A stretch of DNA of 63,868 nucleotides, filler included, from Nitrospinae bacterium RIFCSPLOWO2_12_FULL_45_22 (GCA_001803565.1; 4 parts of 4 records of this genome joined end to end with filler, not necessarily neighbours in it), one strand, 5' to 3'. Positions 52,393-62,462 are shown, counted from the first letter of the whole stretch. The notes: generated by a model not told the origin, from the letters alone. Translations and numbers: made by a program.

Positions 52393-52608
52393 ATGAGTCA
52401 GGAAATGGAAAGATTAAAAAAACTCTTAGAGCATTGGATAGAACATAACAGTTCTCATGCACAGAACTATAAAGAGTGGGCAGGTAAAGCTCAAGACGAT
52501 AAAAGACCTAATGTGGCTTTTGAACTAAACCAGGTAGCGGAATTGACAGATAAAATTACCCACCATTTCCAGCGGGCTAAAGAACTCCTTGAGGAGAGAG
52601 GAAAGTAA
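52393..52608 (+). CDS. Small His-containing helical protein, possibly metal-binding
   Basis: LLEHWIEHNSSH...W motif; AAGGAG RBS. Confidence 0.7.
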   Translation: MSQEMERLKKLLEHWIEHNSSHAQNYKEWAGKAQDDKRPNVAFELNQVAELTDKITHHFQRAKELLEERGK

Positions 52609-52661
52609 ATCTAGCCCGAGGTAATCTTTTTTCCTAACCAGCCCCTAAGGGCAAAAAACCT

Positions 52662-52754
52662 CTATTTCTTTTTGGAACCTTTCTTGCCAGTAGCTTTTTT
52701 AGGAGTGGGTTTTTTCTTTGCTTCTGCTTTTTTGGATTTGGCTTTTGTGGCCAT
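52662..52754 (-). CDS. 30-aa Lys/Ala-rich basic peptide (histone H1-like)
   Basis: AAGGAG RBS; MATKAKSKKAEAKKKPTPKKATGKKGSKKK*. Confidence 0.65.
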   Translation of the reverse strand: MATKAKSKKAEAKKKPTPKKATGKKGSKKK

Positions 52755-52961
52755 AGCCTCTCCTTCTCTGCTACCCCTTCAGCTATCGAGGGGCAGCGCA
52801 AAATTATGGTTGACCTTGATAGATTACCCCGGGCTAACGAGGAATTTTTGATAATTAAAAAAATTAGCACAAAAAAAATCCATGTCAAGAGAAAAATTTC
52901 AAAAAAATGAAAAATTTTAATATTTCTTTTAAATTACCCTTCTTTCCTTTCTTATTTAATC

Positions 52962-53939
52962 TTATTTCAATATTTCTTGTTTAACTACCTGACCCTTACG
53001 GAAAAAGAATCTACGGTCTATCTGACCATCAAAATCAGTATCCTCCTCTTGTCGTTCTAATTCGCCGGCTTGAAAATATGACCTTACATCTACCTTCCCA
53101 TCGCGGTTAGTATCTACTTCCTTTTTGCTCAACTGGCCGCCAACAAAGTACGCCTTCAGGTCTATCTGGCCATCAAAATCGGTATCCTTTTCCTGCTGGA
53201 GGAGTTCCTGCCCGGAATAGTAATCCCTCACATCAATAAGGCCGTCCTTATTTGTGTCTTCATCTCTCCTGCTAAGCTGACCATTCTGATAATAAAAAAA
53301 GATGTCTATCTCTCCATCATTGTCCCTATCCTCTTCCTGTCGTAATATCTTGCCACCCGCCCCGTAATATGACCATAGGTTTATCTTGCCATCCAGATCA
53401 GTATCCTCTTCCTCACGGACACGGGCGCCTTTCTCAAAATAGGCCAGCAGATCAGGGTAACGGTCACTATCTTTATCCTTCTCTATCCTGATTATCTCTC
53501 TATTAGAATAATAGAGCCAGGTATCCACAATATGATCATTATTAGTATCTCGCCACTCTCGCTCCATAACACCATTTTTATCCATAAAAAACCAGTGGTC
53601 AGGCTTGCCATCTCCATTAGTGTCCCGCTCTTGCCTATCTATTTTACCTTTCAAATAATAAGTCCAAAGGTCAACCCGACTATCATTATCGGTATCTTCT
53701 TCCTGTCGGTCTATTCCTTCCCCGACATAATATAGCCAAACCTCGATATCACCATCCCGGTCTAAGTCTTGTTCCTGTCGCACTAATCGCCCATCCTTAC
53801 GGATAAAGTGGACAACAGGCCCCTGTGGTGAAGCTTCTCTAGTCTCTTTTGTCTCGGCTCCCCAGATGTTCTCTAACTCGAACAAGGATAAAAGGAATAA
53901 GAGTAGCAGGGATAGGTAGATATAGAGGGGGTTTTTCAT
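52962..53939 (-). CDS. Secreted repeat protein with DxDxDG motifs
   Basis: Signal peptide followed by about 11 repeats of ~23 aa (E.DxDxDGxxDxxxYY..G). Confidence 0.75.
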   Translation of the reverse strand: MKNPLYIYLSLLLLFLLSLFELENIWGAETKETREASPQGPVVHFIRKDGRLVRQEQDLDRDGDIEVWLYYVGEGIDRQEEDTDNDSRVDLWTYYLKGKIDRQERDTNGDGKPDHWFFMDKNGVMEREWRDTNNDHIVDTWLYYSNREIIRIEKDKDSDRYPDLLAYFEKGARVREEEDTDLDGKINLWSYYGAGGKILRQEEDRDNDGEIDIFFYYQNGQLSRRDEDTNKDGLIDVRDYYSGQELLQQEKDTDFDGQIDLKAYFVGGQLSKKEVDTNRDGKVDVRSYFQAGELERQEEDTDFDGQIDRRFFFRKGQVVKQEILK

Positions 53940-55842
53940 TAGAAATGTTGTTTTACTACTTCGATGATTCCGGTAGCCTTCAAATTGTGCACCCGGGTAT
54001 ATTGGGCACCCATAGCCTCAGCAATACTCCTGACGCTTCGGTTGGGACTCCATCCCTCGCTCACATCTATAACTAAGGACTTGATCTGTTCACCCGTCCG
54101 GATATGCCGGGCGATGTTCAAGATTTCTTGCATTATCTTAGCAAAGCCCCACAAGGCGTAATAATTGAGAGCACATTTACCTTCCAGGAGACCTACATTG
54201 GCCCGGCCATCGGAGATAAGGATCAATAAGGGAGATGACTTTCGATCCTTACGTAAGTAGTTCTTGATAACCTGATACCCACAAATAAGCCCCTGTCCCA
54301 GGGGAGTACGACCACCGGTTGGTAAGTCTTCCAAAAGCTTTTTGGCCAACTCAATGCTATCGGTAGGAGGTAAAAGGACATCAGCGCTAGTCTCCCTAAA
54401 GGCTACCAGGCTTACTTTATCACGTTTCTGATAGGCATCGAATAACAAGGACATGATAGCCCCTTTGCTCTCGGTCATCAATTTTTCTCCCATAGAACCG
54501 CTGGCATCTACTACAAAGACCAGGAGGTTACCGGTTTTCCTCTCCCGGACCTTTTCCCGAATATCTTTCTCTTCAATAGCAATAGCTACGCCACGCTTAA
54601 CCCGCCTTGTCTGGTAAGGAGAAGCTGCCCGGATAGTGGCATCCAGTGCCACATCGTCATTACGTCTCTCCGAGGTACTGCGGATATAGCGGCCGCTCTT
54701 AGCCAGGGTTTTACTAGGGGTTCTTCGGCCCGCACCTATACGATAGTACTGGTCTTTTTTCAAGATCAGTGGGCGGACCTTAAAAGGTTGGCCAATGGGA
54801 AAGAGGGTTTCTAAGACGAATTGGCTGGTTCCCTCTGTCCCTTGTTCATCCAACTCTTCACCTAATTTCTGTCCGGGCCGGTCATCTTTTGCCTCTACTC
54901 GGAAAGGGACCGGCGAGCCATCTTTGCTGACTACTAGGGCTGGTTTAGTGGTGTAAGCATCGGTTTTAGTAAACCGGTCATGGCCCAGGGCGGCCTGGGG
55001 ACCGATAGGCTCCTGAGAATCATCGAAATAACCATCTTCTGCCGTGTCGGGGTCTGGTGCAGGTTTTTTTTGCGTATCAGCCTGTTTATTTTGCATTATC
55101 GGGGCATTAACCGCAGCCATGGCTGGGCGGGCCCTATGGGGCAGGATTAATTCTGCTGCGCGCGTTATCTCCTGAAAGGTTACCCGGTAGCGATCCTGCA
55201 AAGCAGCAATGGTCTTTGCTGTATTGGCGATAAGGATATCTGAGCGATGCCCGGCCACACCATTAGCTAGAGAAATCTCTATTATGGCCTCCATTAGCCG
55301 GGGAGAAATCTCTATTTTCTCCAATAACCCCCTGGCATGTATGATCTTCTCTCTCAACTGTTCCTGGTCTGGCACCCATTTGTTCAAAAAAGCCTGGGGG
55401 TCCTTATCAAACTCTTCCCGGTAGCGGCAGATAGCTACCCTTTGCTCTAAGTCACCACTGGCCTCTACTTCTACACACATCCCAAAACGGTCTAACAACT
55501 GGGGCCTCAACTCTCCTTCTTCGGGGTTCATAGTACCTATTAAGATAAACTCTGCTGGATGCCTAAATGAGATTCCTTCCCGCTCAATAAAATTTATCCC
55601 AGTAGCCGCAGCATCTAGCAATAGATTAACCAGGTAATCGTCCAAAAGGTTTATCTCGTCTACATACAAGATGCCCCGATTGGCCGAGGCCAATATCCCG
55701 GGTTCTACTTTTCTCTCGCCTTGTTTGAGGGCCTGTTGAAAATCAATCCCCCCTACTAGCCGGTCTTCTGTCACTCCTAAAGGCAGCTCGATCACCCTGA
55801 CTTGCCGCCAGGCAACCGGCAGCTTACCTTCTCGCTCCCAGA
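53939..55842 (-). CDS. ChlD/BchD-like chelatase subunit (AAA+ plus vWA), 5'-truncated
   Basis: [30 protein letters not shown] and DASGSM motifs. Confidence 0.9.
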
Positions 55843-55942
55843 NNNNNNNNNNNNNNNNNNNNNNNNNNNNNNNNNNNNNNNNNNNNTTAATTAATTAANN
55901 NNNNNNNNNNNNNNNNNNNNNNNNNNNNNNNNNNNNNNNNNN
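55843..55942. other. Artificial contig-joining linker
   Basis: N-TTAATTAATTAA-N. Confidence 0.97.
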
Positions 55943-56719
55943 ATTATTTATCAACTTAAGGATGTATCTTTGCCCTCCGCTATTCAGGGCCTTGCGGATC
56001 TGGCCTAAGGAACCACAGAGCCTGATCTTGCCCTGGTCGATGATAGCCATCCGGTCGCACAACTGCTCTGCCTCTTCCAGGTTATGGGTAGCCAGAAAGA
56101 CCGTCTTCCCATTTTCCAATACCAGCTTATTCCGTAAGAATTCCCTGAGCTTGTGCGCAGCTATCGGGTCCAGGCTCTTGGTCGGCTCATCCATTAAAAG
56201 TGTGCCTGGATTAGTCAGGAGTGCCCGGGCAATAGAGAGCCGTTGCCGCATACCGGTGGAATAGTCCTTGAACATCCGGTCAGCATGATCTTCCAGCTCC
56301 ACCTGCTGTAATACTTCTTTTACCCTACCCTGGGCTTCTGCCCGGGAGAGGTTATTCAGCGTAGCAAAGAAGATCAGGTTTTGTCGGCCCGTGAGGCGCC
56401 AGGAGAAGCTCCTTTCATCACTGACCACATAGCCAATAGCCCGCCTGATCTCCCTGCCATTCTTCACAACATTGTATCCATGGACATAGGCCTGCCCTGC
56501 ATCAGGCAGGATCAAGGTGCATAGGATCTTTATCAGGGTAGTCTTACCGGCCCCATTGGGTCCTAGCAGACCGAACAATTCCCCCTCCTCTACCTGGATA
56601 CTTACCCGATCCAGGGCCAGGACTTCCTTCCGCTGGAAGGGATGGAAGACTAAATCCCCATAGCCTTTGGCCTGCAAAAACCGCTTGGTTAAGTCAATAG
56701 TCTCAATAGCAAAACCCAT
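55943..56719 (-). CDS. ABC-2 type transporter ATP-binding protein, 3'-truncated
   Basis: GPNGAGKT, YSTGM, LLMDEPT and TH motifs. Confidence 0.92.
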
Positions 56720-56919
56720 CGAGTATTATCCTTTAAGCAGGATGAATAACGCAATCTATATTTAATCTCCTCTAGGCCCCTTCTTACCGGAGAAGGCTCT
56801 TTTTTGTTGGCTTGGCCCCTCATAGGCTACAAGAGAAAAGCAAGGATTCCTCTTTATAAAGGTTTTCTGAACTGATAGAGATATTGACAAACCGATAAAA
56901 AACTAATATAGAATAAGAA

Positions 56920-57168
56920 ATGAAAGAAGATAAAATTTATCATAAGGCTAAGACTAACCCTTATGGACTTCGATTCAATGAGTTTTGTAATCTTATCGAG
57001 GCCTTTGGATTTATCCATCGCCGTCAAAAAGGTAGCCATGTCATTTATGGTCGGCCAGACATCCCGGAATTTGTTAATATTCAGAGCGATAGAGGAAAGG
57101 CTAAAAGTTATCAAGTTAAGCAATTCTTGCAACTTATTGAAAAATATGATTTAAGGATGGAGGAATAG
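56920..57168 (+). CDS. hicA: HicA family toxin
   Basis: KGSH...AKSYQVKQ motif. Confidence 0.85.
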   Translation: MKEDKIYHKAKTNPYGLRFNEFCNLIEAFGFIHRRQKGSHVIYGRPDIPEFVNIQSDRGKAKSYQVKQFLQLIEKYDLRMEE

Positions 57169-57170
57169 GA

Positions 57171-57395
57171 GTGAAAAGAAAATTTAAATATCGTATAGAA
57201 GTAAGCTATAGCCAGGAAGATGATTGTTACATAGCTATAGTGCCTGAGCTGAAGGGATGTAATACATTCGGTGATACACCGGAGGAGGCGGTAAAAGAAG
57301 TAGAGACAGCTATTGAGCTGTGGATTGAGCTTGCTAAAGAAATGGGACGGGAAATACCAGGGCCAGCCTCCAAACCTTATATCTTCTCGCATTAA
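57171..57395 (+). CDS. hicB: HicB family antitoxin
   Basis: VPELKGC.TFGDTPEEA...W.E...G.EIP motif. Confidence 0.88.
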   Translation: MKRKFKYRIEVSYSQEDDCYIAIVPELKGCNTFGDTPEEAVKEVETAIELWIELAKEMGREIPGPASKPYIFSH

Positions 57396-57538
57396 CCTAT
57401 AATCCTACTATCTTCCAGGAAAATAAAATCTCCAGACGTGCCATTCCTTTCTTTATGATGTCACCTGGTAAGCTGCCCACCCGGTCTTTCCTGAAGATTT
57501 ATTAGTGTTACTAATCGACCTTTTTAGTGTAACTAATA

Positions 57539-57949
57539 CTATCCCTTCTGAGCTTTCAGCTCAATGATAAAGCCGCTGAAGGCGGCCAGGCAATCTACCA
57601 GAATATCTCGTAACTGGAATGAACGGAATGGGACCGTGGACTGATAGAACTCATCCATCACACCATAGAAGCAGGTAAAGATCAGGGTAGTAATCAGGCC
57701 TACCTGCCTCATCTTATTACCCTGCTCTTGATGGATAAATACCCCTTTAGCCAGTTGGAAGAGGACAAAATAGAGGAAGAAATGGGCCGGGTATTGGACA
57801 GAATCACCGAATACCTGCTTCAGGAAAGAAAATTTCTTTACAATAAGAGCAGCCGAGGGTGTAGATAGGTAGAAGATAAATACCATCCACCCCATAGTGG
57901 CCAGTAAGGATATCACGGTGCGATAGCGTAGCCATAAAAGCTTATCCAC
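57539..57949 (-). CDS. VanZ family membrane protein
   Basis: IFYLS, HFFLY and DEFYQSTVPFR....D motifs. Confidence 0.82.
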   Translation of the reverse strand: MDKLLWLRYRTVISLLATMGWMVFIFYLSTPSAALIVKKFSFLKQVFGDSVQYPAHFFLYFVLFQLAKGVFIHQEQGNKMRQVGLITTLIFTCFYGVMDEFYQSTVPFRSFQLRDILVDCLAAFSGFIIELKAQKG

Positions 57950-58207
57950 AAATAGACTCTATCGGCGAAGTCCGAAAAGCATTAACCCACATCCAGGGCG
58001 ACCAATCTCAGGTAGCACCTAAGCAAGGGCATCCTAAGTTCACCATTGCTACTGCCCAACGGTAGCAGATACAGGCTCTGGATATCTACTGGAATCTTAC
58101 ATTTTGCCTTCGGCAAATCCTTATCCGCTAAGCATCTTTCATTGCTACCGATGGATTCAGGATTAATGTAATTTAGCGGTGTTGACTCCCAGAATCAGGA
58201 TCTGTTC

Positions 58208-58264
58208 CTGAAAAAGGGTAGCCTGAATTGAGCAACCGCCCACCCAGGACACCCCCCCTTTCAG
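58208..58264 (-). terminator. Stem-loop just 3' of the precursor gene
   Basis: On the minus strand CTGAAAGGGGG pairs with CCCTTTTTCAG. Confidence 0.4.
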
Positions 58265-58281
58265 TATCCCACCCCGGAAGT

Positions 58282-58422
58282 TTAGCCACCAGATAACCAG
58301 TTATTAACTGCATCGATAATAAAGCTACCTACGTCATCGCCGCTACATGCACATGTACCGGCTAGTGAAGTAGCTTCCAGCCGCTCAGACTTAATCTCTG
58401 GCTTGACATATTTTCGTTTCAT
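58282..58422 (-). CDS. RiPP precursor peptide, 46 aa, absent from the ORF track
   Basis: The GGAGG RBS overlaps the rSAM stop. MKRKYVKPEIKSERLEATSLAGTCACSGDDVGSFIIDAVNNWLSGG* carries a YxxPxI leader. Confidence 0.85.
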   Translation of the reverse strand: MKRKYVKPEIKSERLEATSLAGTCACSGDDVGSFIIDAVNNWLSGG

Positions 58423-58426
58423 ATCT

Positions 58427-59485
58427 TCACCTCCTCTCAGGCGGGATGGCCCCCTGGCATAGCCAGTGGGCTTGCCGGCAGTATCCTGCCGAACACTGGA
58501 AGATATCTCCCTTTTCCAGATAATTTACCCCCAGGCAGGGGGTACAAAAAGGCAAGATATCACACTGAACACATTGCGAAAGATTCGATAAGCTAGCAGC
58601 CCTTATTTGCTTTAATACCTCTGGAGGAGCTGTCTGCCAGATATCCCTAAAGCTATTTTTTCGCAGGCTCCCCAGACCGCTGGGAATCAGCACGCAGGGA
58701 TATACCAATCCCTGGGGAGAGATACTGCATAAGGATCGGCCGGCATTGCAAAAATCCTTTTTGCTAAGTTGAGATTCCGACAAACTTTTGCTGCCTGCCT
58801 GCCCAAGGCTCAATCTCTTACCAGTTGCCCATTGAGACAGGTACCTCTTCCAATCCTCTTCAGAAATCTGGTACTGTAGCGGATTCCGGGAGCCATCTAC
58901 CTTTGGAATAACCATAGGACCGATGCTAAACCTTGCCCCTAATCTCCGGGCTATATCCTTTAGCCCCTCATATTCATGGATATTCTCTCTCATCATGGTG
59001 CTCTTAATAACAGTAGGTATCTGCTCCCTTTGCAGGAGACCGAGGGCATTTATCGTTCTGATGTAAGAACCAGATACCCCGGTAATCGCATCATGAACTT
59101 GGGGGCTGGCCCCATAGAGGCTAATCTCCACCTGGGTAATCCCTATCTCTTTCAGGCATTGAACTATGGACGGGGTTATAAAAGTTCCGTTGGTAAGGAG
59201 GATAACGACGAAATGCTGCCCGGCAAACCGGATTATCTCTGATAAATCCTCCCGGAGGAATATCTCTCCCCCGGACAAGGCCAGACTGACCGTTCCCATC
59301 TCCTGGAGTTGTTTCAGGATATCGATAATTTCCGGATAGGTGAGCTCATCCCCCTCTTCCTTATCTACGACATAGCAATGGCAGCAATCCAGATTACAGC
59401 GGTGAGTCAACTCGAAATGGACCCCCCAGGGTAAACAGAACTCCCTATATTTATTCTGTATAGCAGTAATCAAGCTAGCCGGCAT
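58427..59485 (-). CDS. Radical SAM/SPASM peptide maturase
   Basis: CNLDCCHC and SGGE motifs. SPASM domain C...GxVYPC...CxxCx5CxxC...C. Confidence 0.9.
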   Translation of the reverse strand: MPASLITAIQNKYREFCLPWGVHFELTHRCNLDCCHCYVVDKEEGDELTYPEIIDILKQLQEMGTVSLALSGGEIFLREDLSEIIRFAGQHFVVILLTNGTFITPSIVQCLKEIGITQVEISLYGASPQVHDAITGVSGSYIRTINALGLLQREQIPTVIKSTMMRENIHEYEGLKDIARRLGARFSIGPMVIPKVDGSRNPLQYQISEEDWKRYLSQWATGKRLSLGQAGSKSLSESQLSKKDFCNAGRSLCSISPQGLVYPCVLIPSGLGSLRKNSFRDIWQTAPPEVLKQIRAASLSNLSQCVQCDILPFCTPCLGVNYLEKGDIFQCSAGYCRQAHWLCQGAIPPERR

Positions 59486-59528
59486 ATTTTTATCTCACAA
59501 GTGGGGCTATTTTCTGTCAGAAAAGACC

Positions 59529-59602
59529 GTAACTCAACCCTTCAGGGTTGATCAGTCAGAGTCTGCCCTGGGCTTGTCGAAGGGGCTAAAGCCCTGAGTT
59601 AC
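59529..59602. repeat. GTAACTCA...TGAGTTAC REP-like element with a nested GCCCTG..GTCGAAGG mini-repeat
   Basis: Related copies at 37361-37406 and 60815-60863. Confidence 0.7.
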
Positions 59603-59641
59603 GCCTACTTCATGACAAAGAATACCCCCACCCTATTTTTC

Positions 59642-60472
59642 CTACAAGCTTTCGATGAGGTGCCAGAAGCTATTGTCCTGCGTAAAATGCAGCTCATAGC
59701 AAGGTATTTTATTGACCAGCCCGGAGACGAGCCTTAATACCTCTGAGATAGCTTCTATTCGATTATCAGAGAAATTAGCGGGATAAAAGAGAAGGGGAAA
59801 GAGTTTTATACCTGCATCTATACCCTTAATCCTCTGGACATAAGAGATATTATCCTTTCTAAGGATAAATATCCCCCTCAGCTTCTTAGTCAAATCAGTA
59901 GAGGCATAAAAATCGCCCTTTACAGGTGTCCCTTTCAGCCAGTATTCCCCGTTGATGTTACTAATAAGGACCAGTTCGTCGTTAATCGCAATACCTTCTG
60001 GATGAGACAATCTGGATATTGTTGTCTTGCCACTGCCCGATGGGCCGGCAAAGACATAACCTTTATCATCTCTGATAATACCGGCTGCATGTAAAAAAAC
60101 ACTATCCTCCTGCCCCTTTTTTAAGATATAAAAGGCGCTTATCAGCAGAGACAAAAGGTAAGCAGGGTGGAGGGGGTTAGCTGCCTCTTCAAATAACACC
60201 TTGATTTTCGTTCCCCCACGGCGGAAATATCCCCTAACCCCTCTATCCCCATAGCCGATTTCTTGCCACTCGGGGTCGCTCAGGATTTCTGCACTCTTGA
60301 CACGTCCGGCTGGCAAAAATCCTATCTCAAGGCTGATCTGGGGCTTATGATTATGATCAGGTAAGATAAAAGAGTTTCGTAGACTCTTGATAAAGGGTTC
60401 ATTAATGGATATTATCGAAAAAGACACCCCACCAAGCTCCAGGTCAATCCGATTATTCTCTTCCCCAGGCAT
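59642..60472 (-). CDS. HPr-kinase-related P-loop protein (ScmC-like RiPP accessory kinase)
   Basis: LHAAG, GPSGSGKTT and NDE motifs, ending PCYELHF....FW. Confidence 0.8.
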   Translation of the reverse strand: MPGEENNRIDLELGGVSFSIISINEPFIKSLRNSFILPDHNHKPQISLEIGFLPAGRVKSAEILSDPEWQEIGYGDRGVRGYFRRGGTKIKVLFEEAANPLHPAYLLSLLISAFYILKKGQEDSVFLHAAGIIRDDKGYVFAGPSGSGKTTISRLSHPEGIAINDELVLISNINGEYWLKGTPVKGDFYASTDLTKKLRGIFILRKDNISYVQRIKGIDAGIKLFPLLFYPANFSDNRIEAISEVLRLVSGLVNKIPCYELHFTQDNSFWHLIESL

Positions 60473-60860
60473 ATATTATCTCCTGGTAACAGTTAACAGG
60501 GTTCAGGAAAAGACTTTAAATTAGTAACAGGTATAGGCAGAGGCATAGGTAGAGAATTTCCTGTACCTCTACCTCTTCTTATTTGGAGATTGCGCTAAGG
60601 GTTAAATGCCCGTGAAGGTCTTTGAAGAAAAGCCTTTCTGGCCTGTCTGCCAAGGCACAGGCAGGAATGTCATTCCGAGCGAAGCGAGGAATCTTGTATT
60701 TTAACGGTATAGAAGATTTCTCCCTTTGGTCGAAATGACAACTTTATTTGGTCGTTTACTATAAGTTATATGCCTTTATACATCCAGATTAAGTTACCTG
60801 CTTTTTATACATCCGTAACTCAGGGCTTTAGCCCTGACAGGTCAACCCTAAAAGGTCGAG

Positions 60861-61136
60861 TCACTCCCTTTTTACGTTCTCCTTAAACTCAACCACCCCT
60901 TTTTCAGAAAGGATACGGATAAATTCAGCGGTATCCTGCCGGGCTGTGCTCTCTTCTACCTCAAATTCCTGGCATATCTTCAAGATAATCTCTTCTACCG
61001 TCATAGCGCCATCCGCGCAGTTCCAGATTTCAGTCCCTACTTCATTTAAGACATGGAACCATTCCCCATCTTCGCCTATGATAATGGTTTCACCGTCTAC
61101 TACTCTCCAGATACATTTCGATCGTTTTATATACAT
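60861..61136 (-). CDS. PqqD family RiPP recognition element (RRE)
   Basis: WRVVDGETII...LNEVGTEIW...DG...I...F.V...A..D..F...L..G pattern. Confidence 0.92.
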   Translation of the reverse strand: MYIKRSKCIWRVVDGETIIIGEDGEWFHVLNEVGTEIWNCADGAMTVEEIILKICQEFEVEESTARQDTAEFIRILSEKGVVEFKENVKRE

Positions 61137-61160
61137 AAAATCTTCTTCCTCCCTTTTACT

Positions 61161-61760
61161 CTAATGTCCTGGCCAGGCAGCCCTTACTAATATAGCTACC
61201 ATGATCCTATGCGCCGATAAGACAGGTTTCTTTGCGGCCCGATATAGCCATTTAAAAAATACTAATTCATACTGCCCATTAAGCCTTTGCTGGAAGTATC
61301 CCAGCCTTCTTCCAAGCAGATAGGCGCCATAAAAATAGACAGCAAATAGACGATTAATCAGTCCCCCCCAACCCCTATCTATCCTTAGAAGGTTATATTC
61401 CCCTCTTTTAATAGCCACCACCTTGCCCAGTACACTACTGGCCGGGATCTGCACCGCTATACTTCCTCGATCGCCTTTCTGCCAGAAAAAGAGCCCCTCA
61501 TCGTCCCTATATTTGCCGATCACCCGATGGGTAATGAAGGTGCCGTCTTCTGAGAAGACAATAATATCACCGAATCTTATCTCTCCTGCAGGAACCCGTT
61601 GGGCCAGCACCCGATCGTTTACCTCAATCAGGGGCATCATGCTGCCCGAGGTGATACGGAACCAGGCCTTCCCATTTCGGGCAAAATACTCTGCCCAGAG
61701 TTCCTTAATCATCTCTTTAGGCAGAGAAAACCCGTTCTTTTTCTCACCAATGTTCAGCAT
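61161..61760 (-). CDS. S26/S24 family peptidase (Ser-His type)
   Basis: SGSMMP, GDIIVF, THRV and KGD motifs. No N-terminal TM helix before the catalytic Ser. Confidence 0.85.
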   Translation of the reverse strand: MLNIGEKKNGFSLPKEMIKELWAEYFARNGKAWFRITSGSMMPLIEVNDRVLAQRVPAGEIRFGDIIVFSEDGTFITHRVIGKYRDDEGLFFWQKGDRGSIAVQIPASSVLGKVVAIKRGEYNLLRIDRGWGGLINRLFAVYFYGAYLLGRRLGYFQQRLNGQYELVFFKWLYRAAKKPVLSAHRIMVAILVRAAWPGH

Positions 61761-61918
61761 AAACTCCATCCGCAAATTAACAATTGACCCTTTTTCCCTT
61801 TGACAGGCACAACTATATTATATATTCTAAATACATAGTATAACCCATTTAGGGAGGTGCATTATGGATACGGTTCGTTAAATATTACTCTGCCAAAAGA
61901 ACTGGCCCGGCAGTTAGA
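61731..61918 (+). repeat. ~190-bp direct repeat, copy 1
   Basis: Near-identical to 63680-63868. Confidence 0.92.
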
Positions 61919-62132
61919 TAAGTTGGTTGGATCCAGAAAAAAGAGTCGTTTCATCACCGAAACCCTGACCCAAAGGATAAAGCAAATTCAGCATGAAGAA
62001 CTTCAGAAACTTTTGGAAGAAGGCTATCGTGCCACCAAACAAGAGGGCCTTGCTATAGCAAAAGAGTTTGAACCCATAAAAATCTTCGGAAGATCTATCC
62101 CTTTGAGGTATTCTTACCTATTTCTCCTTTAA
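61864..62132 (+). pseudogene. Ribbon-helix-helix antitoxin-like gene with a 1-bp frameshift
   Basis: GGAGG RBS, then ATG GAT ACG GTT CG-, lacking one G that is present in the second copy (MDTVRLNI...). NITLP...KSRFI...L.EGY pattern. Confidence 0.75.
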
Positions 62133-62462
62133 CTCATTAATGATCCTCTCAAACTTCTTCATTATCTGTTCGATAGACATTTCAGGAGTTTTCTCATGTC
62201 GCTCTGGGTACTCAATGGGATGATAATGCCAGTTGTCCAAATTATCTATACCGAAAATGCGATCTTTATCCTTGATCAAAGCAAAATCAACGCGTCTTTT
62301 TCTATAGCCATAGAAAATGTCGATAAATAGAGAGGAAGTAATCATAACCCTAACTTTTAGTCTTAATACGTTAAATTCATTTAACTCAACTTTAGCAGAA
62401 GGGAAGTACCTCTTGATGCTCTGTTCCACTTCCTGGAGGAATTCCTTAACTGAAATGAACAT
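62118..62462 (-). CDS. DUF6516/TumE-like toxin-type protein
   Basis: FALIK...IFGIDN...WHYHP motif. Confidence 0.6.
   Translation of the reverse strand: MFISVKEFLQEVEQSIKRYFPSAKVELNEFNVLRLKVRVMITSSLFIDIFYGYRKRRVDFALIKDKDRIFGIDNLDNWHYHPIEYPERHEKTPEMSIEQIMKKFERIINELKEK

Noticed and set aside
53939-56719. Linkage of the chelatase gene to the RiPP/ABC cluster
   Set aside because: They are separated by an artificial contig linker.
57950-58200. Second precursor peptide or structured ncRNA downstream of the precursor
   Set aside because: I found no ORF with an RBS and leader motif. The inverted repeats resemble the CCTGAATCC-ended MITE at 39446-39598.
58282-61760. Lasso peptide or PQQ cluster
   Set aside because: There is no asparagine-synthetase-like cyclase or B2 peptidase, no pqqB/pqqC, and no ExxxY core.
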